From the human T2T-CHM13v2.0 reference genome, Homo sapiens, in NCBI RefSeq assembly GCF_009914755.1, contig NC_060925.1: DNA of 64,000 nt; one strand, 5' to 3'. The number at the start of each line of letters is the position of its first letter. The first letter of the stretch is position 1. The position numbers were made by a program, and so were the translations under genes. The notes beneath the pieces were generated by a model that was not told the DNA's origin, made no database searches, and worked only from the letters and a program-made list of their open reading frames with translations. Below are positions 1 through 14,332 of the stretch, piece by piece.

Positions 1-420
1 AACCTAAAATACAACTCTAGCTTTCCTTCCACCTTTCTGTGTAAAAACTGGCCATAAAGACCTCATCTAACCTATCTTATTTGACTGTAGGTCATAAGAC
101 CCCCACTCCAGAAAGGATCCTGTCCCATACCCAGAAGGAAGGAATGCGGCATGGATGCCTGGAAGAATCTAGGCAGACAGGCCTTGCTGCGCTTTCTACT
201 CAGTCTAGTCTAGCATTCCATCAGACCCTTTTTGTCCAGTCATATTTCTATGTGACTATCCATACTGTCTTGAACCTAAGTGTAAAAGTGGACAATTTCC
301 CCTCTATCTTTGGGTCTTCATTCTGAAGGCTCCTGTGTATACACGTTAAATAAATGTGTATGCCTTTTTTCCTATTAATCAATCTTCTTCATGTCAGTGA
401 TTTTCCAGTGAACCTTTGGG
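1..420 (+). mobile_element. ERV1-class solo LTR, 3' part (MER39/MER34-group-like), truncated by window start
   Basis: Typical motifs 'ttgactgtaggtcataagacccc...cccatacccagaaggaaggaatgc' and 'ctttgggtcttcattctgaaggctcctgtg...ttaaataaa...gtcagtgatttt..gtgaacctt'. Confidence 0.7.
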
Positions 421-456
421 AAGAAATGCTGGCTCAATTAGAAATAGAAATTTGCA

Positions 457-893
<437 letters not shown>

Positions 894-3439
894 CTATTAG
901 ACCTAGGCCAGTGGATCATGAAGCCACACACACCACACTTTGTTTCCTTGCAGGGATCCAGTCCCTCCCCTGAGAATGCAGGCTCCTGACTTCTGGTCTC
1001 CCACACCCTCGGTGCTATGCAGTGTCAGCCCAGTATCTGGCTCACAGCAGTCCTAGTGAGCATCTCTTGGGGAGTCCCCTTTACCACCTGTGTATTACAG
1101 CTTCCCAAGGATTAGGAGTAAGGGGAAGAAGCCATTTAAACAAAATTGCTTTTGAAGCACAGATGGGTTCACAATACAGAAAAAATGGTGCTTAGCAAGA
1201 AATGTTTAGGATTTGGCAGATTCTGAAGTTCATTTCACATTGTTTGATGCTTTAAACCAGCTGCTTCTCCCATTCCCTAAACATCAGCTCCCAAGAGAGC
1301 AAGTCAGCCTAGGACTCTCCAGGCAATGATATTTCCTTGGATAATATGCAACCTTTTCTGGAAGGTCTGTTCCATCAGCACTCAGCTCAGCACCCATCCA
1401 GAGCATCTCACTTCCCTTCTCACCATGGTTTCCCTAACAATGGATTCCACACGCACATACGGCTATAGAGGGTCAGTTCAACTGAGCGTGTTTCCCAGCA
1501 ATTGACACAATAGATTCCTCTCTGGGGAGCGAAGGAGTCTACTTACCTGGGATTCCCCTTGTCTCTACTGAGCCACTGGGGGCCATGGTACAAGCAGCCA
1601 ATCCTAAGGACCCTCCTGCTCTCCTCTTGTTGTCCAGCTTGTTTTCTTAGTATGCGCACTACTTGATTTATGGTGCCTGGAGAACCTCAAGCCAACAAGA
1701 TGCTTGCTCCTGACTTCTCTGATTCCAGGGTTCCTTACTTCCTAGTCTCCACCCCTGGTTCATAAGCAGCTTGAAGGAAGACACAACCAAGACCCTACCT
1801 TTGCAACAGCTGTGAAATGGGATCAGAGAATTCCGGTAAAAGTTTGTCAAGCTAAGTGGGATGTATCCAAGGCTTCGTAAGAAAGGAGGCTGGATCTAGC
1901 TCCAGAGCCACTTCTGGAGGCTTGGATAAGAATGGGAAAAGTAAGCCTCCCATTTGCAATTCGCAGACCCATGCTGTGTGGTCTTAAAGCCTCAGGATCA
2001 GTGAGGAGGCCCCAGGTCAAAATCCTGGCTGAAACTGTGGGCCCAAACACATAGGCTTTCATTATGGTACAAAAAAAAAAATGTGTCAAGTGTAGTGGGT
2101 GTTTGTTTTGGTTTTCAGAATATTAATATGGTTTAATACCATTGTCTGGAGGGTTTAGAAGAATGACATACATTGCAGAGTTCCTGGCACCTAGCAGAAA
2201 CTCAATAAATGGTAGCTATTGAATTTCCCCCTTGTCTGTACAGCAGTAAGTCCAGACCTGCCCACTCTGGGCCTGCCTCCTTGGGAGCCTGAAGCATTTT
2301 GCAGAGGAGCTGCCCTTCCCCCGACTCAGTCACCTCAGTGTTGGTTGTGCCCCCCCGCACCTGTAACTGGGTCATCTCTTACTTATCGCCCGCACTCAGC
2401 AGAAGAAATCAAATGAGTGTTAATTGAGAGCTGGGTTCGTCAAAACTACTGCTCTTTTCTGGTGTGCTTTATTTAAGTGTAAGCCAATCCAAGCTTACCA
2501 TGGGGTTTCTGTGTAACTGAGAGTTCCCAGTGCTTTGTGGCAGGGCTCGCATTCATTCCAGACATAGCATAATGAACCACAATCTCACATTACCTAATCA
2601 CATGGAGGCAGCGCGGATCACAATGCCGCATTTGGCATTTCTGTGGTGCGCTCCATCTGAGGAGCTCAAAGGGCTTAAAGAAAACCCTTTCTTTATTTGG
2701 GAAGTATTATTATCTGGGTTTTACAGAGAGAGATACCTAGAGGTGAAGTGACCTGCTTTAAGACCACACAGCACGACGTCTCTGGGCTGAGATGGAGCCC
2801 AAGCAGCTGACAGGCGCTCCTTGGCCAGACATCACAGGCTCAAAACAGAAAGCTGCTCCCACAGAGCCTGTCCTCACCAGGCCCCGTGGGGGACTCACGG
2901 AGGAGACCGAACTCAATAGCAGAGACGAAGACAGAGGGAATTTAAAAGCATCAGCCAGAGGAAAGGTGTGCAAAGACCTGGCTCAGCCTCAAGAGAGCTG
3001 ACTGCAGGATGAGACTTGCTCAGATAGAACATGAAGCCATGAACTCTGTTCAGCAGATATTTCTCCAGCTTTCTTCATGGATTGACCCCCAGAGAGAATC
3101 CTTTTATCACCTTGCTTCTCTGTGACAACATTATTTTTAGTAATAGCCATGAAACGAAACAACAAAAATAATGGATAGAAGAGGAAAGCAGTGATATTTC
3201 TCTCTTACTGACCCTTCTGTGGATGGTTATGCCCATAAAATAGAAAAATAAATAATACAGTAAATATTACAGTACCAAAAAATTAGTAGATTAGCACTTT
3301 TAACTACATTTTTGTAGTTAACTTTTTTTTTTTAAAGGAAATACGCTTAGAGTTAAATATTGGTCTATTGTAGTCATGAGGAATGACATCATGGTCTCTG
3401 TTTTTAACACTTAACTACTTTAATTTGTCCATGACCTAG

Positions 3440-3790
3440 AAGAAAAATTGATCTTCATAGTTTCATGTTCATTGAGCAGTTGTCCATCTACTTTTGTTCC
3501 TGGTTAATCACAGAACACTGTTTACTGATTTTAATTTTGAAAAGCGTCTTTCACATAAAGCAATAGACACATAAATTGTTACAAAAAATCTTAAGCAACA
3601 GAATATGTATGGCAAAGATTCATCAAAGTCCAATTTCACAATAAATTCTATAAATTGCAATAGTGCCCACATCTCTGTTTCTCCAGGATCGATTTTGTTG
3701 TCTTTCAAATGTCTCCATGGCTGAAAATTATGAACACAAATAAAAATGCCAAGTGATTACACAGATTGGCAGAACTGGAGTAACTCAAGT
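3440..3790 (-). mobile_element. hAT (Tip100/Zaphod-Arthur-like) DNA transposon relic encoding a decayed transposase C-terminal dimerisation motif
   Basis: ORF 3508-3708(-) contains SLPYIFCCLRFFVTIYVSIALCERRFSKLKSVNSVL, matching the hAT pattern L..T.P.S.A..ERSFSKLK.IK..L. Confidence 0.75.
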
Positions 3791-4633
3791 TTTATATAAA
3801 GACACACAGAGAGACAATATCGTGGTAAAAGATACAAAAATAAAGCAAATTGAGAGCTTGGGAAGAGAAGTAAGAGGGAGAAGCCAAGCCAGGGAGGGAA
3901 AGGCACCTTCAGTTATCTGCACACTGACATAGTTGCTATGGTTGGACCGTAAAGTTAGCTCAACAGTCCAGGCTTCCTGGTACCCGAAGAAAAAAGGGAG
4001 ATGTGGCCAGTCATGCCATTCATATTGACGGAAAAGCAGCCACTTTGGGAGAGCCCAAAGAACAGCCTGGTGAACCCATGTGGAGGCTTCCATGCAGGGG
4101 CTGGCCGAGCCCACGGAGGGATGTCAGGAGCTACAGCACACTTGGATTCTATTTGTTTTCATTTTGGTTTCAGACCAGGAGAAGGTGACCTTGAAAAAGA
4201 GGTCCCAGATGCCCTGTGAACAACCGTTAGAAAGTAAGTGATTTAAAAGATTAATTTTACTAAGAAACTAGAAAATTTGTGTTCAACACATTTTAGAACT
4301 GAGATTAGGTAAATGGCAATGCTTGACTAGATCCAGAATAATGAAGATGATGAAGAAGAGAGCTGGAGAGCAAGAGGGCTTCACATTCCTTTTCAACTCT
4401 GCATTTGGCAGCCTGTACTCCAACATGGCAGCTCCCCCTGCCACGCAGCGGTGTGGGCTCTGGAGTCTGGGTGTGCACAGACCTGTGCCTAAATCCTGGT
4501 TCCAGGGGATGTCCCCTGGTGGTAAGGATAGATTGAGTTATCAGACGCCCTTCGTGCCAAGAACACTGGATAATGTGGACAAAACATCTTTTTCAAATCT
4601 ATTTGAAGGCATCAAAAACCACCAGCTAATAGT

Positions 4634-4769
4634 AGCCTGTAGTCCCTGCTACTCAGGAGGCTGAGGTGGGAGGGTCACTTGAGCCCAGGAGTTTGAGGCC
4701 AGCCTGAGCAACATAGCAAGACCTCTGTCTCCTAAATAAATGAATAAGAATTTAAAAAAAAAAAAAAAA
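4634..4769 (+). mobile_element. FLAM (Alu left monomer)
   Basis: gcctgtagtccc...gagcccaggagtttgaggccagcctgagcaacatagcaagacc followed by poly-A. Confidence 0.85.
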
Positions 4770-5458
4770 CTACTAACGCAATGAGAAACTAAGGCACTAA
4801 GATCCCAGAAACAAGGCGTGAGCGGAGAGGTGCCAGCCACTTTTCTCCTTGGCGTGCATGGATTCCCCAGCAGTGGCTCGGAAACTGAGAAGTTGAGCAG
4901 AGTTGCCAGGACTCTCATGGGGCTGAGGCACAGAAAGGAATTCAGAGCCCAGCAAGGAGGAAGAGCTGGGTTAAATACCACTGGTCTTCTGTTGAGACTC
5001 CCCACAAAGGGGTGATCCAGGAAGAACTCAGCCTGCAGAAAGCCTGAACCATCTTTAAAGAGCTCAGTTCTTGGTCGGATTAAGGTGATGTAAAATGAAC
5101 TAATACATATCTAAACAACCCATGAGTCAAAATAAGAATTACCGTGGAAATTAGGAAATATTTCAATAAAAAGGTAATAAAACTAAAACATATCAAAATG
5201 TAAGGGATGCAGCCAAAGAATGCTTAAGAGAAATTTAAAACCTTGAATGCTTTACAAGAAAAGAAGAAAAGATGAAGAAACAATGAACTAAGTTTCCATC
5301 TCAAGATTTTAATTAAAAAACAGCATATTAAATCCTAAGATAGCATAAGAATGGAAATAATAAATAGCAGGAATTAATAAAGTAGAAAACAATAATACAA
5401 CAAAGAAAACCAACAAAGTGAAAAAATAAAAATAAAAACAAGTCTTTAAAAAAGACTA

Positions 5459-5795
<337 letters not shown>

Positions 5796-7410
5796 TTAAT
5801 TTTTTTTAAGAAGAGTCCCAAATATTATCAGGAATGGAAAGGAAGCCCTAACAATAGAATCTGTGGCTCCTAAATAAGACAAAAAGCTGTTCAGAACCAA
5901 TTTATGATGATAAATGTTTAAATCTAGGTGAAATAGACAAATTCTTTGGAAAACACAACTTATTAAAACTGACCCAAATAAAAAAAGAATATCTGATATA
6001 ATAGCCTTGTACCTATTAAAGAAATAAAATCCATAATGAAAAACCTTTCCACCAAAACAAAAACAAAAACAAACCTCCAGGCCCAGATGGCTTCACCAGT
6101 GAATTCTTCAAAACCTTTAAAGATGAAATAACATCAGTCTTTACAAAAGCTCTTCTAGAAAATAAAAATGACTTCTTGACTCATTTTTGAGAGCTTTATA
6201 ACCTTAATACCTGACAAGGAAAGAAAATGGTGATTTCTTTCTCCTGAACATGGATGCTAATCCTAAACAAAATGTTATCAAACTGAATTCAGCAATATAT
6301 AAACAGGACAATACATCACAAACAAGATGATATTTTTTTCCAGAAATGCAAGATTATTTCAGTGTTCGGAAATCAGTCTATGTAATTTACCACAGTAACA
6401 GAATAAAGAAGAAAATCGTTGATCAGCTCAATAGATTCAGAAAAGGCATTTGATAAAATTCAACCCCTGGCGATAGTAAAAGGAAAAAAGAAGTATTTAG
6501 GAAAGTATGACTAAAAGGGAAATGCCTTAACATGATAGAGTATCTACAAAAAAACCCTCCAGCAAATATCATATAAATGTTCAAATATTGATACTTTTCC
6601 CCTAATACTGAGAATAAAAGAAAGATGCTTCCTATCTATCACCACTTCTATTCATTATTGTATTGGAGGTCCTAGCCTTTGCAGTAAAGCAAGAAAACAA
6701 ATAAAATTTTAAGAAATAGAAAGAAAAAAAACTGCCATTATTGACAGACTATATCATTGCATATGCAGAAAATACAAAATAATTTATAGAAAAACTAACA
6801 GAATTAATAAGTAAATTCAGCAAGGTTCTTGGATTGAAATATCAATATACAAAGTCAGTTGTACTTATATATAACAGAAACAAAAACAGAATCAGAAAAG
6901 AAAACATTGAAAAATTGGACTACATTAAAATTTGAGTCTTCTTTTCACCAAAAGATACTATTAAGAATGAAAAGAAAAGCCATAGAGAAGACATTTACAA
7001 TCCATAGAAATGACAAATGATTCATAACCGGAAAATATAAAGAACTCCTACAAATCACCTGGAAAGACAGAAAACCCAGTAGAAAAACAGGCAAGAGACC
7101 TGAATAAGCCAGTAGATATCCAAATGGCCAATAGCATTTGAAAAGCTGCTCAATTTCATTAGTCATCAGGGAAATGCAAACTGAAACACATTCATCAGGA
7201 TGGCGAAAGTAAAAAGAGACCAACAGTATCAAGTGTTGGTGAGGTTGTGGATCCCCCAGGACTCTCATAGCTGAAAGTGAACTGGTACAGCCACTTTGCA
7301 AAACTATGTAAACAGTATCTACTAAAGCTGAAAATCCACACACCTTATGACCCATCAATTACATTTCTTGGTATATCCTATGCCGAAATATGTACACCAA
7401 GACACATGTA

Positions 7411-7822
7411 CAGGTGACCCTTGAGCAACATGGGTTTGAACTGCGTGGGTCCACTTATACACAGATTTTCCTCCACCTCTGCCATCCCTGAGACAAGACC
7501 AATCCCTCCTCTTCCTCCTCCTCGTCAGCCTACTCAATGTGAAGATGGTGAGGATGAAGACCTTTATGATGATTCACTTTTACTTAATGAATAGTAAATA
7601 TATTTTCTCATTCTTATAATTTTCTTAAAAGTATTTTCTATTTTCTAGCTCACTTTACTGTAAGAATACAGTATATACATTCAAAATATGTGTTAATCAA
7701 TTATTTATGTCATCAGTAAGGGTTCTGGTCAATAGTAAGCTATTAGTAGTTAAGTTTGGGAGAGCCAAAAGTTATACATGAATTTTTTACTGCTCCGACC
7801 CTCATTGTTCAAGGGTCAACTA
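7411..7822 (+). mobile_element. Tigger2a (MER28) TcMar non-autonomous DNA transposon
   Basis: TIRs caggtgacccttgagcaa / ttgttcaagggtcaacta, 5' TA flank, internal 'gaagatggtgaggatgaagacctttatgatgat'. Confidence 0.9.
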
Positions 7823-8287
7823 TCCAAGATCATTCCAAGTAGCATTATTTGTCATGGGGCAAAATTAAAATCTACTCAAATAACCAGCAAAATGAAAAAT
7901 GTATAAATAAATTGTGATACATTCATACTATGAACATCTTTATAGTGTTAAAAATGACCAAACTACTTGTACATGAATGACATTAGATCAACATTACAGA
8001 TGTCATACTGAGTGGAGAAAAAAGTCAGACAAAAAGAACATATAATGTAGAATTCTGTTTTTATAAAATTCACAAACTAGCCATCTAATACTCGGTGACA
8101 AAAATGGTCACCATTGGGGAAGAGGAGGTTATTGGAGAGGGTCTGGGATTTTTCTGAGGCTGGTAATAGTCTAGCTCTTGATTTGGGTGGATGGTTACAC
8201 AGGTATGTTCACTTTTATGATAACCCACTTAGTTGTACACTATGCCTGTCTTTATGTACATAATACTTCAATTTTTTAAAGTTTATT

Positions 8288-8455
8288 TACTAGCTAGCTG
8301 TGTGATAGTGGCAAGGTACTTAACCAGCAGAAGTCTCTGACCTCATCCATAAAACTGATATAAACATGACTGCTTCAAAGGATTGCTCTGAAATATAAAT
8401 GAAATAATGTAGGTGAAAAGCTTAGCACAGGTCCTGGCTGATAAACAATAGTACT
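8288..8455 (+). mobile_element. MIR
   Basis: actagc..tgtgtga..ggcaaggtacttaacc...cctcatc.ataaaa...aaatgaaataatgta..aaagcttagcacag core. Confidence 0.7.
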
Positions 8456-8616
8456 TTATAATCACCATTGAGGAGTTTATTTTATTGTTTATTTCCGGGA
8501 TTATCAGGGTTTGGCCACTTGCAGACAGCAGCCAGGTCTCTTCCTGGCACACCTGTCAGCAGCAAACCTGAGATTTTTCAAGGCCTCCTGGGATACCAGC
8601 CTCAGGCTGTGTTTAG

Positions 8617-8871
8617 GGCTTGGTGTGGTGGCTCACGCCTTTAATACTAGCACTTTGGGAGACCGAGGTGGGCAGATCACTTGAGGTCAGGAGTTTGAGA
8701 CCAGCCTGGCCAACATGGTGAAACCCCGTCTCTACTAAAAATACAAAAATTAGCCAGAAATCTCTTGAACCCAGGAGGCAGAGGTTGCAGTGAGTGGAGA
8801 TGGTACCACTGCACTCCAGCTTGGACAACAGAGCAAGACTCCATCTCAAGAAAAAAAGAAAAAGAAAAAAA
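8617..8871 (+). mobile_element. AluS with ~50-bp deletion at the start of the right arm
   Basis: aattagccag joined directly to aaatctcttgaacc; TSD gtgtttag on both sides. Confidence 0.92.
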
Positions 8872-8958
8872 CCGTGTTTAGAGGCTCCCGGTCCTCACAC
8901 TTGCAGAGGCTCCCCTCCTAATGCCAAGAGTGTTGGGGGATCGAACTGCTTGGAGATG

Positions 8959-9110
8959 GAGATTGAGCTTCTGTTGTCCAGACAAGTTCATGCCTCTGTG
9001 ACCCCCGCCTTCCCAGAGGCAGGCCTTTAGGATGCTGAGATTGAGCTTCTGTTGTCCAGACAAGCTCATGCCTCTAGACCCTGCTTCCCAGAGGCAGGCC
9101 TTTAGGGTGC
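8959..9110. repeat. Tandem duplication, ~78-bp unit x2
   Basis: gagattgagcttctgttgtccagacaag...agaggcaggcctttagg at 8959-9036 and 9037-9110. Confidence 0.95.
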
Positions 9111-9584
9111 CCCAAGGCAGGAAAATGCAATCATGTGATCCAGAGGAAGTCCCATAGAGCTGAGGCATCCCTGAGAGAGGGAGGGAGTTCAGGCACCCGC
9201 CCCTGCAGCCCCTCAGCCTCAGAGAAGGGAGAAGGGAGAGTGTCCAAGGCAAACCTGACCTGAGGCTTTGGGTGGCAGGGGAGTGCATAATGAATGCCTC
9301 GCTGGAGCACCTCAGTGATAATGTGGGTATTGTGGGGGCATCCCGAGTGGCACACAGACTCCATTCATCCTGTGCACAAACAGGACTCTGCAGACCCAGC
9401 TGCTTCTCTGGAAGCCATGGGAGGTTATTAAATATGTGCTACAGCTGCTTTTTTGCCAATTCACATTTTGTAAAGGCTCATGTTGTTTTTGCTCTTGCCT
9501 TTTTGACTTAGAGCCCCTTTCTTGGACTTGGCTTTGTCCAGGTATTTCTTCATTTTGAGAGACAGCATCTTCAAATGCAGACAT

Positions 9585-9755
9585 TGCCCAAATCTTTCCT
9601 GATTATAAAAATCACCTGGGTTTCTGTTAAAAATACAGATTTCTGGGCCTCAACCCAGACACGCTAAATGCAATGTCTAAGACTGGGGCTCTAGGAACTT
9701 ATAGTTTTAAAAAGAGTACCAGGTGATTCTTATAATTATTCAAATTGGGAAACCA
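9585..9755. mobile_element. MER5A/B (hAT-Charlie)
   Basis: aatcacctggg...ttaaaaatacagatttctgggcctcaacccagac...ccaggtgattctt. Confidence 0.75.
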
Positions 9756-10389
9756 TCCTTCAACCTGGTTCCTTCAAATTCCAGGGAATCTCCTCTGGTA
9801 ACTGTTCCCATTTGGGCTCCCTTTACTTTCTTCCATTTTTTTTTTTTTAACTCAAATTTCTCTTTTTCTATGCAATAAGCTCTTCATAGTAGTTCCACGT
9901 TCTATCCACCCCAAGTTTCTTACCCTTTCCTTTTGTTCAGGCTCAACACCTCAAACTCTAAAGCTGTGGTACCCTCTCTGCAATTCCCATGATGCTGAGA
10001 TAATGCCCCAAGCCATGGCTTCTCACTCCTATGGGGATTGGGGGCAGGAGGAAATCTGGCTAAATGACATATTATTTAACTCAAATTAAGGTGGATTTCT
10101 TTTGAAAACTATCCAATGATTGATAACACCCAGAGGTAACTCAAAGCCGTTCTGCAAAATCACTACAAACTTCCAAAACAGTATTTTGAGAGTTACAAGC
10201 ACTACCAATAACCTTGCCTTAAAACACCACAATATGCCATTTAAGAGTATTTTTTCTGGTCAGTATTTCTCCATAATCCTTTATCCAGGGGCCACTGCTC
10301 AGAATTTGGAGTTAGAACATCTGAGTCTTGTCTGAGTTCTGATTTCAATGTGTGGTAGGAGATATCTCCATCTAATTGGGTTTCTTCAT

Positions 10390-10433
10390 ATTTCGTATAC
10401 ACTGATGATAATTTCATATACACTGATGATAAT
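10390..10433. repeat. 21-bp tandem duplication
   Basis: atttc(g/a)tatacactgatgata x2. Confidence 0.9.
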
Positions 10434-11879
10434 GGCTTACCTGTTTTCCAGAGTTCTTGATCATGTCGTGGGGCTGTAGAAAGAGCCCAGAGCGTGGATG
10501 ACAGGGGTTTCATTGAATGAATGAATGAGTGACTGAATGAATGAGGTAATGGGTGCCACATCAAGAAAGGCAGTTTTACTAAGAATAATTAGGAACAAAT
10601 GTTGGATCTTTTTTAAAAAAATAAATCCCATAAGGTGTGAGGCTGAGATCCTGTGAAGTGGTGCCGAATTTGGAGGCAGAGTCCTGCCAGGAGAATGTTC
10701 TTCTCTGCTGGTGTCTGTGCTGACCCTCTGCTCAATCTGCTAGTTGCCCAAAAAGACACGTTGGTGATCTTCACTTGAGTTTCTGCTTCTTTTGTCTTTC
10801 AGAGTATTGTTGGATCAGGGCTGCCAGGAAGCAGAATTTGATGACAGCTTTTGGGTTTGACTTGCCAGTGAGCACGTTTGGCTGGGTGTAGGGCTTCCGT
10901 GGTGTAGCTGGCCCATGGCCTTGAATTTCTTCCAGTGGGCCCACTGCATTTCCCAAATGGACTCTTGCAAAGGGCATCTTACAAGTCAGAGAGTGTGTGT
11001 AAGTGTACGTGCATGCACATGTAGAGAACAGACCTCCTCTTGGATGTCCGGCCTTTAAAACGACATCAAATCATCCTCGTCACCATCTGCAAATATGCCT
11101 TGAGCACTCAGTATATGCAAAGCACCGTTCTAGATATTATGAGGAATGCAACAAAATAGAGTTCCTTCCATGGCTTTCAGAAATTTATAGACTCGGTTAG
11201 GCAGATAAAATCAATAATATCCCATTTATATCAGTCTGGTTTCTTGGTTGCATGCCTTAGAAATCAACTCTGGTTAAGCTGTATTCCAGGTGGGAGGACC
11301 TGATAAGCCCTCTTCCAGGTGGCACCAGATGTATGTATCCAGAATGGAGCTTGAGGAAGTGAATCATGCCTGGAAAAGGGTGTGTCTAAGGACCCTAGAG
11401 GGAAAGTGTGCACTCGCAGAATATGACTACAAAAAAATATGTAGAACAAATGCTCATCTTTGAAGAAGTGTGAAGGAGAGTGTTTTGACTAGTTGAAACT
11501 TATGGAGCTGAAAGAGCAATTTTAAGAGGATGCGAAGGAACTGTTCACGTATGACCCCCTCACTGCCCAGAAATCACAGATGCAAGCCCCCACTGGACAC
11601 AGAGGGCAGGGTGGGGCCCAATGAGCAGGATGGCACTGATGATGATGGTTGAGAGCCTGGCCTCTGAGAGCAGAAATGAGTGTGCCTGCAAAAGAACTCC
11701 TTGCCCTTCAGCAAGAAAGGCACATGGTGCCAGCAGAAAAAGAGGCAGGACCCAAAACGCTTACTTACCTCAATTCGTTGTTCTGTAAAATGAAGATTCT
11801 GGACCCTTCCCTGCCAAAAGCAAATGGATGTTGATAATAAACCAAGATAAGATTAGTATAGAGAAAAGGGTGCAGTATA

Positions 11880-12060
11880 TGAGAAGACATGGGATCTGGT
11901 GCTACAACCATGATTTACTAGCTATGCGACCTTGGGCAAGGCATTTAACTTTTCCAAGTCTATTTGCTCTTCAATAAAATGAAGTTGGTAATTCTGGGTA
12001 GGTAGAGAACAATTGAGATACAATGCATGTGAAACTCTTTGACAAATTATATAAAGTGCA
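11880..12060 (+). mobile_element. MIR
   Basis: ttactagctatgcgaccttgggcaaggcatttaactt core. Confidence 0.7.
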
Positions 12061-12153
12061 CTGCCAGGGTAAGGAACTATGCTTATTCTCCTTTAAAAAA
12101 TGCATGTGGATGTTGTTATCAGTAAACGACCATGAAGAGTTTTAAGGATGTTC

Positions 12154-12475
<322 letters not shown>

Positions 12476-13207
12476 TTAAGGATGTTCATCAATAACTGAT
12501 TCCTACGGTTACTTCCCCTGCCTTACACTCAGGCTGCTGGCCTACCCTGCAAAGGTTCTGCTGGGACTCTGCTTGTCTCCAGAATAAGCCAGTGGCCAGA
12601 GAATCCTTTGAGCCAACCTCTCCGTGGGCCGGCATGGAGGTGATGAATCTTTTGTATTGACCCAGGAGAAAGCCTCAGCAACAAAGACCAATTTATTTTC
12701 TTAGTAAATCACAAAATGTTCCTGCAGCAAATTCCTGGGACTATGCAAAGCATCACAGTCCCTAGGAGGAAAAAGGGATGGGCTGCCTGGACGGGAGCTG
12801 AAATATGTCCATCTGGCCCAGGGAATGTCAGAGTGCACCCCAGCTGACCACATGAAACAGTCTCTATGAAATGCAGATGTTTGGTAGGGTTGGGTGTTGC
12901 TTCCCCCGCAATTTAAAAGCCTTTCATGCCTGCTGCTTACTTATAGACTTCTTCCTCCCCACACTGTTTGGCTCAGTGGGTTCGAGAGGGTGTTTTGGGG
13001 TGTTTGGATAACAGTGCATTGTGGTGGTGGGATTTATTAACAACAGCCATTCTTCCCCACTCCTGCAAGTTGCTGCCTCATAGTCCATATTTAATGTTTA
13101 AATTAAGGTGAATTAAAATTAATTTTGTTGGAGGAATTCTGCAGCTCCCGCTTGAGATAAGTGGAGACACCCTGGGGTGATATAAAATTGAGGTTAGGAA
13201 TTGCTGC

Positions 13208-13482
13208 ATTGGAGTGCTGTGCTAATGAGGTGAAGGTCAGGGGTTCAATTCCCTTGTGAAGGGAGCAGTTAATTTCACTCTCCCTCACGGCCTCAGATTC
13301 CACCCTTAACCCTGGCCATCTGCCTCCAAGAGGAGCCACTGGTCACCAGCAGGACAAAGTGAGATAGAGGACCAGATCTATACAAATCCATCAAACCCGT
13401 TAGAATGACAACCCAAAGCATGACCCATGAGTAATGTGCCAGGATTTTTAATTTTGCAAATGACAGCACTATTATATTATTA
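13208..13482 (+). mobile_element. MamSINE1-like ancient tRNA(Ile)-derived SINE, near full length
   Basis: tRNA-like head gtgctaatgagg..aaggtcaggggttcaattccc; body cagttaatttc...cacccttaaccctggcca...tggtcac...caaatccatca...acaacccaaagca; tail gacagcactattatattatt. Confidence 0.8.
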
Positions 13483-14332
13483 CTTTATATTAGAGTAAAC
13501 ATGTACAAATATGGACAATACCAATGAATCAGATGTCATGGGTTCCAAATTCTCTAAGGCATTACTCTTACTTCCCAAGTGTTTAGCTAACTTGTTAGAG
13601 AGACAGCTTAATAAATGTATTGTGTATATCATGGTCACAGTCAATTCTTCTTGAGCCTTAAGAGGGAGAGAAGTGGTGTGGATCTCTCCAAACAAAAGAT
13701 AGTACCAATATCACTCATATTTAGTTTGGAAAAGATGATACAATTTAGGGACAGCAGATTGCCCTCCTTAATTATGTTTTTCTTTAGCTAATAGTAATAT
13801 TAGTTTGCATTCCCCTGAACATGTTGACGGATGGCAGAAAAGAGAGCCCAAATGCTCAAAAAGGGAGGAAGTTCAGGATTAAGCATTTGTCAGGGATAAT
13901 CCACAGAATAGAGATAATCCAACTTCATTAATCAAAAGCTATCTCTATCCTACTAATTATCAACTTACCATTGTCCTTGTTAGAAAATAGAATTTTAGGC
14001 CGTTGAATTTTCTCTAATTCACTCCCCTCTCTTGTGTATCTAGGTTCTACTCCAGCCCAAAGGCCAACCTAAGTGACACCTTCTAGCCAGGGCAACACTG
14101 GCCTCCGCTGCCTGGGGCCTTCTGCAGCACTTATGGTATATGCTAAATTGTGGTTTAGAAAGTGTGTTTCCTTAGTGCTTGAGGGCAAGGCTCAAATTTT
14201 TAGGTTCCTATATGTCTCACAGAGCCTAGCACAACACTGAACATCCAATAGGTGCTTAATAATAGCATGCTCATTAACATTGACAGACTAATTACAGTAA
14301 GGAATAATGAAGAATTACCACCCTCTTGCCCC

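Noticed and set aside
13208-13265. tRNA-Ile(AAT) gene
   Set aside because: No acceptor or D stem pairing; it continues into a SINE body, so it is the MamSINE1 head.
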